A DNA stretch of 64,000 bases from Nitrososphaeria archaeon (GTDB lineage Archaea; Thermoproteota; Nitrososphaeria; JACIWG01): contig JBEKIG010000011.1 of assembly GCA_050011875.1 (NCBI GenBank), positions 92,019-156,018 on the forward strand, in the 5' to 3' direction. A model generated the notes under the pieces. That model saw only the letters and a program-made list of their open reading frames with translations, was not told the origin of the DNA and did not search any database. Numbering within the stretch: the first letter of the stretch is position 1; each line of letters starts with the position of its first letter. Position numbers and translations under genes: made by a program. Positions 17,047 through 27,038 of the stretch are shown piece after piece.

Positions 17047-17264
17047 AATCTACTTATGCTTTTTAACATAATTCCGAATCAAGAGCATGCGAGACGACAC
17101 TATCTTCACAAGGTAATCTAATCCAGTCATACAATATATAGAAGAATAAAACGGAACAAGAGACTCAAAGTCAAATAGACCATATAAGATGGAGAACGTT
17201 ATCTTGACAATCTCCATTCTGTAGACAGTAACAGTTTTATAGTTCGACGACAAAATTATAGAAT

Positions 17265-18029
17265 ATGATACGAAAAATAGTGCGATATGGTTGGATTCGA
17301 GATATTCCTGACCAACGGGACTATCTATATGCTGCGCCCCCCGAATTCCTTCTGAAGCTTCCATCTAGTGTTGATTTGCGACCACAGTGTCCGCCTGTAT
17401 ATGACCAAGGACAACTTGGAAGCTGTACCGCCAACGCTATTGCGGCTGATTTGGAATTCGACCAGATGAAGGAGAAGCAAGCGCAGATCTTTGTGCCATC
17501 ACGACTGTTCATCTATTATAACGAGCGTGTGATGGAAGGAACTGTAGCTTCAGATTCAGGCGCGCAAATCCGGGACGGAATTAAAAGTGTTGCAAAACAA
17601 GGGGCTTGTCCAGAAAATCTCTGGCCATACGATATCACGAAATTTGCCGTTAAGCCTCCCCAACAATGCTACCAGCAAGCTCTGAAGTATAAGGCGGTCC
17701 AATACCAGAGAATCACGCAGATATCTAACCAGCTAAAAGGATGCCTAGCTTCCGGGTACCCATTTGTCTTCGGCTTTACTGTCTACGAGAGCTTCGAAAG
17801 CCCGCAAGTCGCCCAGACAGGCCATGCTCCCATGCCTTCACCTACGGAAACGGTTGTGGGGGGACATGCTGTGATGGCTGTTGGCTACGATGACTCACAG
17901 AACTGGTTTATTATGAGGAACTCTTGGGGAGAAGGATGGGGTATGAAAGGTTACTTCACTCTGCCGTACGCATACTTGATCGACCAAAATCTAGCTAGCG
18001 ACTTCTGGACAATTCGTACGGTATTGTAA
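17265..18029 (+). CDS. papain-like cysteine peptidase (family C1A)
   Basis: DQGQLGSCTANA (Gln/Cys), GGHAVMAVGY (His), RNSWG..WG.KGY (Asn). Confidence 0.95.
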   Translation: MIRKIVRYGWIRDIPDQRDYLYAAPPEFLLKLPSSVDLRPQCPPVYDQGQLGSCTANAIAADLEFDQMKEKQAQIFVPSRLFIYYNERVMEGTVASDSGAQIRDGIKSVAKQGACPENLWPYDITKFAVKPPQQCYQQALKYKAVQYQRITQISNQLKGCLASGYPFVFGFTVYESFESPQVAQTGHAPMPSPTETVVGGHAVMAVGYDDSQNWFIMRNSWGEGWGMKGYFTLPYAYLIDQNLASDFWTIRTVL

Positions 18030-18089
18030 AATCGGGTCGATCTGGAAGAATATAACGCCTAGTTACAAAAATCCGGACAATATAGCGTC

Positions 18090-18392
18090 GTGTGCAGAAT
18101 GACAGCAGCAACACAGGAGCTTGAGGTGAAGCTGGGAAACCAATTCTTAATCGAATTACCGTCCAACCGAACCACCGGGTATAGGTGGGAGGCCCATTAC
18201 GACGGAACACTTCTAGAACTTTCAGCCTCAAAATATAAATGCGATTCGCAGAAACCAGGGAGCGGCGGAACGGAGTCCTTCAGATTCAAAGCTAGCAGAA
18301 AGGGAAGAGCGCTCATTAAGATGCTCTACAAGAGACCTTGGGAGGAGATGGTGGCAAGAGAAATCCTGTACGAGGTCACAATAAAAGATTAG
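18090..18392 (+). CDS. chagasin-family (I42) cysteine peptidase inhibitor
   Basis: SNRTTGYRW, PGSGG, YKRPWE binding-loop motifs. Confidence 0.92.
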   Translation: MCRMTAATQELEVKLGNQFLIELPSNRTTGYRWEAHYDGTLLELSASKYKCDSQKPGSGGTESFRFKASRKGRALIKMLYKRPWEEMVAREILYEVTIKD

Positions 18393-18607
18393 AATAAGCC
18401 ACTGTACTAAGCTAGGAATTCAGCCTGATTGAGGAAAAATTCATGAAGTCTTACTTGTGTATGTGATTTGGGGACTTGATGTTCTCTCATCTTTCTGGTG
18501 AACTTAATTCATTTTCTAATTCATTTTCAAACTTCCAGTCAATATTGACATCAACTGAAATAGCATGAAAAATTGGCTTCTAAAAAAATGAGAAGGCTTT
18601 AGGCTCC

Positions 18608-18946
18608 TTACTGTTCTTCAGTGAGGTCCATAAGCTGTTTTTTATTTAGGCCGACTCCTGGCTGAGCGTCCAATCTTTTGTGCACTTTGCCTTTTTTGAA
18701 CAGGATCACAGTTGGATAATAGTCGATGGCGAATTCTTCGCAGACATCGGGTTTGTCATCGATGACGACGCTCAGGCACTCTTCGGGGTTGCTTTTTGAG
18801 TATTCTTCGAAGATCGGCAGAAACCGCTGCGAAAATGGGCACCAGGTTGCGTAGAAGAGAACACACGTTTTTTCTTTTCGTTCGATTTCGCTTTGGATTG
18901 GACTTTTTTGCTTGTTGCCTGATTTGCGTCTTTGGGCTTTACTCAT
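18608..18946 (-). CDS. thioredoxin-fold protein, CxxS type
   Basis: FYATWCPFS, YPTVILFKKG. Confidence 0.88.
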   Translation of the reverse strand: MSKAQRRKSGNKQKSPIQSEIERKEKTCVLFYATWCPFSQRFLPIFEEYSKSNPEECLSVVIDDKPDVCEEFAIDYYPTVILFKKGKVHKRLDAQPGVGLNKKQLMDLTEEQ

Positions 18947-19023
18947 GATTTTTCACCTTTGTTTAGATCTGCTTGAGCGAAATAATTGGGTTTTTATTTG
19001 TGACTTGTTTTGGCCTGTCTTAT

Positions 19024-19497
19024 TTACAGTAGACCGATCTGCTTCATTAGGCCTACTAGGTCATAGAACAGCCGTTCTTCTAGGATTTCACCGTTTTTCC
19101 AGTGTGCAACTGTGCAGAATTCAACTTTGAATTTTTTGTTGGTTGGGGGAATAGTTTTGCTGTCTGCAGTTTTCATGGGGCCTTTCATTGTTCCTGTAAA
19201 GTCTGCTATGCTGCACGTCCAGTCATCTTGACCAAATGCGATTTTGTAGGGGTTGTTGATTAGGTGGTTGTCTGGAAAGGTCTTGAAGAATTCCACAGCT
19301 TCCAGGTCATGGCTATGCCGCCCTCTTGTAGGTTCGGGCTGACCAGGCCAGTAGACGGCGACGTTTTCGGTGTGACGTTTCCTGAAGGTCTCCCAAAGGG
19401 GACTTCCAGGGCCTGCATTCCATGCGTCGTCTAGCGTCTTCATCAACTGAAGGTTTTCTTTTACACTCATATCGTTTACCTTAATCTCTGTTTTCAC
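19024..19497 (-). CDS. SnoaL-like ester cyclase / NTF2-fold protein
   Basis: DDAWN, TFPD, GTMKGP, IPPTNKKFKV, EERLFYD. Confidence 0.88.
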   Translation of the reverse strand: MKTEIKVNDMSVKENLQLMKTLDDAWNAGPGSPLWETFRKRHTENVAVYWPGQPEPTRGRHSHDLEAVEFFKTFPDNHLINNPYKIAFGQDDWTCSIADFTGTMKGPMKTADSKTIPPTNKKFKVEFCTVAHWKNGEILEERLFYDLVGLMKQIGLL

Positions 19498-19997
19498 ATT
19501 TAATATTAATAAACTTATGACGAAAGCTTTCCTTCACTTCGACTCTATGAGGCTCGGGATAAGAAGCTTCGACTGGCCGCTTTTTAGTACTTATAACATA
19601 GATTATAGATCAGAAGAAAGTCCAAATGATAGAAAAATAGATAAAAATAACAAGGCCTTAATCAGTCAGAAAGCATATTTAAGTCCGATGCGTGACAGAT
19701 CGAAAGTTATAAGCCTTTTAATCTACACTGCCGATCGTAGATAAAGATGCCTCTATCTATAAAAGAAGCCTATGACTCCCAAATTATTTTAACAGAAATG
19801 GTTCGTATCACACGGAAAATATGCGCCTTTTTTCAGCAAATCCAGTCCCAACAGAAGTTGAATTTCTGTAAGACTATAAAGTTGATGCGGGGGTAGGTAT
19901 AGAGGTTTTCTTCTTTTCTTTTGCGTTATGAGTAGCCTAGGTTATATAGTGGAAATCCTTTACCAAAAGACGTTAAAAGAGAAAAAGGTGTTTATGA

Positions 19998-20462
19998 ATG
20001 AGTAAGATAAAGGTCCTTTTCCTCTGTAATCATAATTCAGCACGCTCACAGATGGCTGAGGGCTTGCTGAGGCATCTCTACGGTGATAGGTACGAGGTCT
20101 TCAGTGCGGGTGCGACTCCGACGCGAGTTAACCCCTTAACCATCAAGGTTATGGCTGAAATAGGGGTGGACATTTCAAAGCACCGCTCCAAGAGCGTCGA
20201 AGAGTTCCGAGATAAAGACATCGACCTAGTCGTATCAGTGTGTGAAAGCAGCGTGAAAGTGATCTGCCCCTTCTGTTCCTCACCAATAGTTGGTGATAGA
20301 CCTGAGATAGTCGGCGAAATATTGCCAAGAGCGAAACACTATCTTCACCGCCCTTTCAGTGACCCATCAGAGGCGGAGGGGAGCAATGAAGAGAAGCTTA
20401 CGGCCTTCCGCCGTACTAGAGACGATATTAGGAAGTGGATACTCGACTACTTCACGATTTAA
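19998..20462 (+). CDS. arsC: arsenate reductase, LMW-PTP/thioredoxin type
   Basis: FLCNHNSARSQMAEG, SVC..CP, FSDP. Confidence 0.9.
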   Translation: MSKIKVLFLCNHNSARSQMAEGLLRHLYGDRYEVFSAGATPTRVNPLTIKVMAEIGVDISKHRSKSVEEFRDKDIDLVVSVCESSVKVICPFCSSPIVGDRPEIVGEILPRAKHYLHRPFSDPSEAEGSNEEKLTAFRRTRDDIRKWILDYFTI

Positions 20463-20742
20463 AGGAACAAGAATGTATTGTATAACGTCTGATGTATATA
20501 TTCTCTCGCTCTCTTTAACCGTAATTATATTATGACAAGAACTTAAATTAAGATAAACTAAGGATTTATCTACGTTCCAAAATTCCAAGCTTGAATGTTT
20601 AATTTCCATACAACACCTAATAATGTATGATATTGAAGAGCTAGATGAAGTCTAAAGTCTGTCGATATCAACATAGAAGAATTCCTAGTTTAAAGGATTA
20701 AATATATCTGAGATAATATTATTCAGTTAAAGGGGCAGAAAA

Positions 20743-21351
20743 GTGGCAATCTCAAAAGATGGAAAATTGGACTTGCTATCTGATAAGAACAGCGTTTTGG
20801 TCCTAGTAGACTATCAGCCTTCAATGTTTAAGAGTGTTAGCTCTGGAAACAAAACTGTAATCAAAAGTGCTGCAATCTGCGCAGCAAAAGCTGCAAGCAT
20901 CTTAGGAGTTCCAGTTGTTTTGTCATCGATCAATCCTAAATCAATGGGAGATTTCATTCCAGAAATTGCCAAGCTGTTTCCAGGGCAGGAAGTGTTTGCG
21001 CGGAAGATTCCAAGTTTTGACGCTTTTGAAGACGAGAGGACTTGGAATGCTGTCAAGAAAGTTGGTAGAAGGAAAATAGTTGTTTCAGGATTGTGGACAA
21101 GCATGTGCTTCACATACACCGCCCTCCATGCTTTAAGAGAAGGATACGAAGTTTATGGTTTAATCGACGCTGCAGGTGATTCTACACCGGACGCACATAA
21201 ATATGGTGTCGAGAGAATGCTGCAGGCTGGAGTTATCCCAATTACCGTTGAATCACTGGTATCAGAATGGATGCACGACTGGGGAAATCCAAAAGCAGGC
21301 GAGCTTGTTAAAGAAGTTTATTCAAAGTATGGTGCAATGATTGGGATTTGA
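20743..21351 (+). CDS. isochorismatase-family cysteine hydrolase (YcaC-like)
   Basis: LVDYQP, SGLWTSMC, DAAG. Confidence 0.9.
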   Translation: MAISKDGKLDLLSDKNSVLVLVDYQPSMFKSVSSGNKTVIKSAAICAAKAASILGVPVVLSSINPKSMGDFIPEIAKLFPGQEVFARKIPSFDAFEDERTWNAVKKVGRRKIVVSGLWTSMCFTYTALHALREGYEVYGLIDAAGDSTPDAHKYGVERMLQAGVIPITVESLVSEWMHDWGNPKAGELVKEVYSKYGAMIGI

Positions 21352-21390
21352 CCTGCTTCTTAAGCTAAAATCTGTCCACGGGTGAAATGA

Positions 21391-21798
21391 ATGACCTTTG
21401 TGAAAGCTGCAAAAACTGTCGATGTTCCCACTGGTAAAATGAAGCATGTGGAAGTTGAAGGAAAAGAGATAATGATTGCTAACGTTGAAGGCAAATTCTA
21501 CGCAGCCAGCGACAGGTGCGGTCACATGAACGCGCGGCTTTCGATGGGCATACTGAACAAGACGATTGTTATATGCTCTTACCACTTTTCGAGGTTTGAC
21601 TTAACTACTGGAAGACTGGTTTCGGGACCGGTTCCAACGTCGACGTCTAGCATTTTGGGTAGCCTACCCGAAAATGTCAAGAAGATGGCAGAGCAGATGC
21701 AGAAGCGGACGGAGGAACTCCAGAGTGCCATTAAAACTTATGATCTGCAAACCTATCAAGTAAAAGTTGAGGGTGAAGACATACTCATAAATGCCTAA
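21391..21798 (+). CDS. Rieske [2Fe-2S] ferredoxin
   Basis: CGH...CSYH..RFDLTTG. Confidence 0.9.
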   Translation: MTFVKAAKTVDVPTGKMKHVEVEGKEIMIANVEGKFYAASDRCGHMNARLSMGILNKTIVICSYHFSRFDLTTGRLVSGPVPTSTSSILGSLPENVKKMAEQMQKRTEELQSAIKTYDLQTYQVKVEGEDILINA

Positions 21799-21871
21799 GG
21801 GTAGTGTCTCCTAGTTAATATCGAAAAACACTTAAACGGAAGCGTGCGCGATTTCATTTGATCATCAATAT

Positions 21872-22678
21872 TTACAAAGGCAAAGCTCCTATGAAGTGAC
21901 CGATCAAGAATCCGGCAAGACCTGCGGTCAGCCCGATTACCGCCATCTGCAAGCCGATCCTCCATAGAGAGCCCACGGTGGTCTTCGCTTCGTAGACCCC
22001 GATGAAGAAGAGGGCGACGCCGCTTAAAATCACTGACGCTTCCGTTCCAGTGAGAATATTTCTTCCAACGAAAAGGTATGGTATCAGAGGTATGAAAGAC
22101 CCAAATACGGTGGATGATCCGACAACTAAGGCACTGCGCCTCGCTTCAAACTTGTCAACAGGCGCAAGATTGAGTTCGTACACCATCATTAATTCGAGCA
22201 TCGCCTTTGGGTTCTTAGCTATACTTTCCGTAAGATCTTCAAGTTCTTTCCCTTCATAGCCCCAACCTCTGAAGATCTGCCTCACCTCTTCCAGTTCGAT
22301 TTCTGGGACATCTTTCATCTCTTGACCTTCTCTATCCGCTTCCTTTAGATAGACTCGTCGCCTCGCAGCGGTGGAGGTGTAGGCGACAGCTCCCATCGAA
22401 ATGGACTCGGCCCCAAGAGCGGCCAGAGCAGCAACGAAGAAAATTCGGATGTCGACTGTTGCCGCAGTCAACCCTAGGAGAATACCCAATACGTTTACTA
22501 GACCATCCTGACTTCCAAGGATAAAGTTGGAGAGGAGAGTGGGGCGCGAGTGTCTTTCACCCATGACTTTGGCACGTACAGTCTTCGTTGGATTTGTGTT
22601 TTCTAAATTCCTTTTAATGTTTTGCAGATATTCGCCGGCGGAATTCAATCGTGTTTCCTCCAATAGTTTCTTGGCCAA
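21872..22678 (-). CDS. VIT1/CCC1 Fe/Mn exporter
   Basis: ILGSQDGLV, AESISMG, IPLIPY; true start probably internal (MGERHS). Confidence 0.9.
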   Translation of the reverse strand: MAKKLLEETRLNSAGEYLQNIKRNLENTNPTKTVRAKVMGERHSRPTLLSNFILGSQDGLVNVLGILLGLTAATVDIRIFFVAALAALGAESISMGAVAYTSTAARRRVYLKEADREGQEMKDVPEIELEEVRQIFRGWGYEGKELEDLTESIAKNPKAMLELMMVYELNLAPVDKFEARRSALVVGSSTVFGSFIPLIPYLFVGRNILTGTEASVILSGVALFFIGVYEAKTTVGSLWRIGLQMAVIGLTAGLAGFLIGHFIGALPL

Positions 22679-23291
22679 GAATTACTTAAGATTTGCTGAA
22701 ATAGAGGTTACATCCACATCCATTTTCATCACCTGATAGAATATAATGATTAGTTCAGGTCTTAAGACTTTAGCGCGCTGCATTTTAGGGGCAGTTTTTA
22801 GAATAATCCAGGATTGCATTAAGGCCCCCGTTGATCAGGGAAACCATTCAAACAATGGATGTTGGGATCATCCACTTTTTCATTTTCGCACAGGCCATTG
22901 CTTCAGGCGTTTTGTACAGCCAAACGGCGCTCGCGCGCGCTTCGCTACTTTGGAATGTACTGCTGGAAAAATGTCAATAAGAAACTCTCGTTTGACCCAG
23001 CCACAAAGCCTCAGACGTATCCTTACAACGAGAAGAACTACTATGCAAATGCATCCAACAACCTGCACCAGTGGAAAAAACACGGAGACTGTTTTGTTTC
23101 GACATATTCTTTCTATATATTATATGGATGTTAAAGTAGACTTAAGGTTTTAATCTTTTATTCAGATATACCTATTTTGGATAAACAAGATAGAACATTG
23201 AATTTTCCTCAAATTCGAAACAAGATTAAATCAGCCACTAGCTTGGGATTGAAGTTATTAATTAGGAGTAATTATTTTGGTTGGTCCCATT

Positions 23292-23720
23292 TTATAGTTC
23301 ACTTTTTTCAACAGCTTTTGTAATCTGGTCTCTTAATGCGTCTCGGACATTTCGAAATACCTTTAGAATTTCTTCTTCAGTGCCGACAACTTCTGATGGA
23401 TCCTGAAAATTCCAATAAATAAATCTTTTAGCTCCTGGAAAGTGAGGGCACATCTCTTTTGATTCGTCACATACTGTAACCACTACCTCGATGCCTTTTC
23501 CAATGAACTCAATGAAGGATTTAGCTTTGTTATCTAAGATGTCTATCCCGATTTCAGCCATGACTTTAATGGCGTATGGATTAACTTTTGTCGGAGTAAG
23601 ACCCGCACTATAGGCCACAAATCTATCCCCAAACAGATGGTTTAGTAGACCTTCCGCCATCTGAGACCTAGCAGAATTATGAACACAAAGGAAGAGAACC
23701 TTTCTTTTAACAGGTGGCAT
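23292..23720 (-). CDS. arsC: arsenate reductase, LMW-PTP/thioredoxin type (second paralog)
   Basis: FLCVHNSARSQMAEG, TVCD...CP, FQDP. Confidence 0.92.
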   Translation of the reverse strand: MPPVKRKVLFLCVHNSARSQMAEGLLNHLFGDRFVAYSAGLTPTKVNPYAIKVMAEIGIDILDNKAKSFIEFIGKGIEVVVTVCDESKEMCPHFPGAKRFIYWNFQDPSEVVGTEEEILKVFRNVRDALRDQITKAVEKSEL

Positions 23721-23734
23721 AAAGATTGACTCTT

Positions 23735-24058
23735 CTAAATTATCTGCTCAATAGCATGTCCCGAAAGACTTTCGGTCACTTCAGGTGACACAGTATCAAT
23801 TATATTGAACACCCTCCTGTCTGTAATCGAATAAAATCTCCGAGTCCCATCCTTTCTATCCTTTAGCAGTCCAGAGTCTTTTAGAATCTTCAGGTGGCGT
23901 GAAACTATAGGCTGAGGCATTTTAATATATGGGATTATCTCGCATACACATTTCTCTCCATTTCTCAAATACTCAATAATTTTAAGCCTGATAGGATCAG
24001 AAAGGGCATAAAATATTTTAGCCCTAAATCTGTCCAAACCATCCTTCTGCATTGGCAT
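23735..24058 (-). CDS. arsR: ArsR/SmtB metalloregulator
   Basis: ALSDPIRLKI, EKCVCEI, SRHLKILK. Confidence 0.92.
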   Translation of the reverse strand: MPMQKDGLDRFRAKIFYALSDPIRLKIIEYLRNGEKCVCEIIPYIKMPQPIVSRHLKILKDSGLLKDRKDGTRRFYSITDRRVFNIIDTVSPEVTESLSGHAIEQII

Positions 24059-24073
24059 ACATATAGTGAATTA

Positions 24074-24097
24074 ATCACAATATTTAAATATTGTGAT
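24074..24097. promoter_or_regulatory. perfect 24-bp palindrome, probable ArsR operator over a divergent TATA box
   Basis: atcacaatatttaaatattgtgat is self-complementary, contains TTTAAATA on both strands and lies between arsR and acr3. Confidence 0.85.
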
Positions 24098-24115
24098 AGT
24101 TACGGTCTGAATACG

Positions 24116-24249
24116 GTGCATAATGAGAGAGGCATAACTGTTGCAGTATTTGGTCCTGAACCCCCTTGTGCACCACCTACATGGTTATTGCTTGGGCAGG
24201 TCGCGTATTCTTTGGGTTACTGTACGGTCTTTTAGGTGGTTCTCCATAA
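24116..24249 (+). pseudogene. deletion scar: N-terminus of a small thioredoxin-like gene joined to the 3' end of a membrane-protein gene
   Basis: GTG 24116 gives ..ITVAVFGPEPPCA; a shifted frame then reads TYMVIAWAGRVFFGLLYGLLGGSP*. Confidence 0.5.
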
Positions 24250-24260
24250 GGTGAATTCTT

Positions 24261-25214
24261 TTGGAAAAAGATGAAAAAAAGAAGCTATCTTTTCTCAGTC
24301 GATTTCTCACGCTCTGGATATTCTTGGCCATGATACTAGGTGTTGGCCTAGGATATGTCTTCCCAAAGATCTCTGAAATAATAGGTTCAGTAAGTGTTGG
24401 AACTACTTCAATTCCTATCGCAGTTGGGCTGATCTGGATGATGTTCCCTCCCCTAGCAAAGGTCAGATACGAGGAACTGGGGAAGGTTGTTACAGCCAAA
24501 GGCTCGAAGAAGATGCTTTCAACTTCGCTGATTTTAAATTGGCTAATTGGACCTCTTTTAATGTTCTCATTGGCATGGATATTTTTGGCAAATTATCCAG
24601 CTTTCAGAAATGGAATAATTCTCGTAGGTTTGGCAAGGTGCATCGCCATGGTCATCGTCTGGAACGACTTGGCTGGAGGGGACAGCGAGTGGGCTGCGAT
24701 ACTTGTTGCCTTGAACTCCATCTTCCAGGAGTCTGTAGCGATATACTTGGGGATACCGTTCTTCGGCGGCATGTTGGCAAGATACTACTTTCTGAAGACG
24801 AAGGGTAGGGAATGGTACGACCATAAACTGATGCCGAAGCTGAGCCCGACTTCTTTGTTCGCACTTCTTTTCACGATAGTGGTCATGTTCTCACTTAAGG
24901 GAGAATATATCGTGACACTACCACTTGATGTTGTGAGGATAGCGATACCATTGATAGCCTATTTCATTACAATGTTTCTAATATCATTCATCTTAGGTTA
25001 CTACTTGAAGCTAAACTACAAAAGGACTACTTCACTTGCCTTCACTGCAGCAAGTAATAATTTCGAATTAGCTATTGCTGTAGCAGTCGCAGTTTTTAGT
25101 TTATCCTCACAAGAAGCTTTTGCAACAGTGATAGGGCCCTTGATAGAAGTGCCTGTCATGATAGGCTTGGTGAATGTAGCTATCTGGGCAAAAAGACGTG
25201 TATTTTCTGAATAA
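24261..25214 (+). CDS. acr3: Acr3 arsenite efflux permease with apparent in-frame internal deletion
   Basis: [48 protein letters not shown]; ALNSIFQ runs directly into [10 protein letters not shown]. Confidence 0.9.
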   Translation: MEKDEKKKLSFLSRFLTLWIFLAMILGVGLGYVFPKISEIIGSVSVGTTSIPIAVGLIWMMFPPLAKVRYEELGKVVTAKGSKKMLSTSLILNWLIGPLLMFSLAWIFLANYPAFRNGIILVGLARCIAMVIVWNDLAGGDSEWAAILVALNSIFQESVAIYLGIPFFGGMLARYYFLKTKGREWYDHKLMPKLSPTSLFALLFTIVVMFSLKGEYIVTLPLDVVRIAIPLIAYFITMFLISFILGYYLKLNYKRTTSLAFTAASNNFELAIAVAVAVFSLSSQEAFATVIGPLIEVPVMIGLVNVAIWAKRRVFSE

Positions 25215-25562
25215 CAGACCCATTTTTTAAGGCCCCTAAGACAATACAATATACTTAAAAATGGAGGAGGAAATCAGTTGGATAGAACATTTATGGAGAC
25301 TCATAGAGACTCTAAGAAAGCTGAATGCAATACAATATGTAACGCTTAAGCATAAATAAAATTAGGTATCTGCACTTAATTATGGTCGGAAACCACCGGG
25401 CCCGCACCCAATTCTTCTCTGTTCATTATCTACCAGTAAATTAATGCTGAAATCCCACCCATAGCACTATAATTTAATTTCATCAACATACTCTATGTTC
25501 AACTCTTTTCTGACTAAAACTCGATAATATCTTTCCATTCCATATCTGAACTTTTCTTTAAA

Positions 25563-25800
25563 CTAAAGCACTATCGAATTCTCATCTTCTGCGAATTCAA
25601 AGCAATCTGCAAATATTCTATCAATCTGATCGATGATACCCTTTGATTTAGATGGAAATATCTCCTTTATCTTTATAGCATATCCACCAGATCGCACATT
25701 AACCTTAATGTTAGAAGCTTTATCATAACTTTCCATCAGATCGTTTACCAATAATTTAAGTCGCATCTCACTGTCTTTTGAGAAATTTGTGATATCGATT
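25563..25800 (-). pseudogene. 3' remnant of a type IIG/Eco57I-like restriction-modification gene
   Basis: PSKSKGIIDQIDRIFADCFEFAEDE resembles the SK.IIDEID..L...YGF..EE tail of these enzymes; no upstream body. Confidence 0.55.
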
Positions 25801-26027
25801 CGTTCAGTCCTCTCATAAATTAACTAAGAAAGACTTTCTATCTTTAACGGGACAAAAACGGTAGACCAGTTAATAGAATCGTAAAACGTATTTAGATCTG
25901 CTTGAACACTCCACGTAAAAATTCGAGAAACGGGAATGCTTTCTTCACATCTGAATTTGCCCGCATCTATCTATCATTCAACAAACTTTACTGAATTGGT
26001 TAATGGCATAGCTGAACAAAATAATAG

Positions 26028-26354
26028 TTTGAGCCAGAAAATTCTAAGGTTATTAAATCTGGCTCAAGCAAAAAAAATCGGAAACGCTAACTCCAAACAT
26101 TCCACTTGCTGGCTCAGACAGATCCCTCGGTACAATATTTAACATCAACACGCTCCCATGCAGAACGCATTTAAATTGAGCCAACGGGAAATAGTTAACG
26201 TTAGCGTTTTGTTTTAAAACGTGTTGAGCCAAACCAAATTTAGATAATTATTTTTTGGCTCACACTAAAATATCATTAAATATCTTTGATATGGATCAGT
26301 AAACAGTCGCAGCGCTAATGAAACCCATAAAGCTGTTGCTGGCCAAGTTGAGCC
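26028..26354. repeat. cluster of seven TGAGCC(A) motifs, including two inverted pairs
   Basis: Forward at 26030, 26177, 26225, 26349; reverse at 26060-66, 26110-16, 26256-62; AT-rich non-coding context. Confidence 0.8.
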
Positions 26355-26820
26355 TGAAACCTATTAAGTCCGTGCGGACACACCTAATTTACATACTTAA
26401 AAACAAAAATTAACGTACTGATTATATTCATTGACATGGTTAACTTGTCGTTGAAGATCTTATTTGGTTACCTGATTAATCTAATAATAGGAAAGTGTTT
26501 CTTGAATACCAATTGCAATAAGATACCACTTATGATGAAGTAATGGCAGACTGTAGGAGATGCCATAAAGAGGAATATAGAAAAGTTAAGTAACTTTTAA
26601 AAAATTAAGTTACATTACGTCACACAAAAGAATGTTTTGTAATATAGTAAAATCAATGACAAACAATATCTTTTGACACCATGCCTATTCTTATCAGAAC
26701 TGTCAAGAAGCGCATATACTTTAGTTCTCTTCTGCCTTTTCCTCTCGGACAGCACCTCTGTTATTTAAAATCTATTGTATATCACTATTTTTTAGATATA
26801 GAAATATATTTGTTAGTACC

Positions 26821-26842
26821 AAAAGGACACTTATGTCCTTTT
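26821..26842. repeat. 9-bp perfect inverted repeat aaaaggaca-ctta-tgtcctttt
   Basis: Seen directly; half-site aggacactta recurs at 26951-26960. Confidence 0.7.
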
Positions 26843-27038
26843 TTGCAGGATATAACTTCAAATTATCCTGATCATTTGTCAAATAAAAATAATGAGTGGG
26901 GGAACTTCATAGCGATAATGTTTAGTTCGAGGTTTAATGATACCTAAGGCAGGACACTTAACATTCGAGCAGGATTGGATTTTGGGCACAAAGTTAACAT
27001 CAAGTTTTTGGGGGTTTGTGCTCATGCCCAGAAAACCA

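Noticed and set aside
22746-23153. Overlapping small ORFs, one with a weak YHS-like YPYNEKNYY stretch
   Set aside because: Lacks the DPVC/FCS cysteines; no frame is convincing
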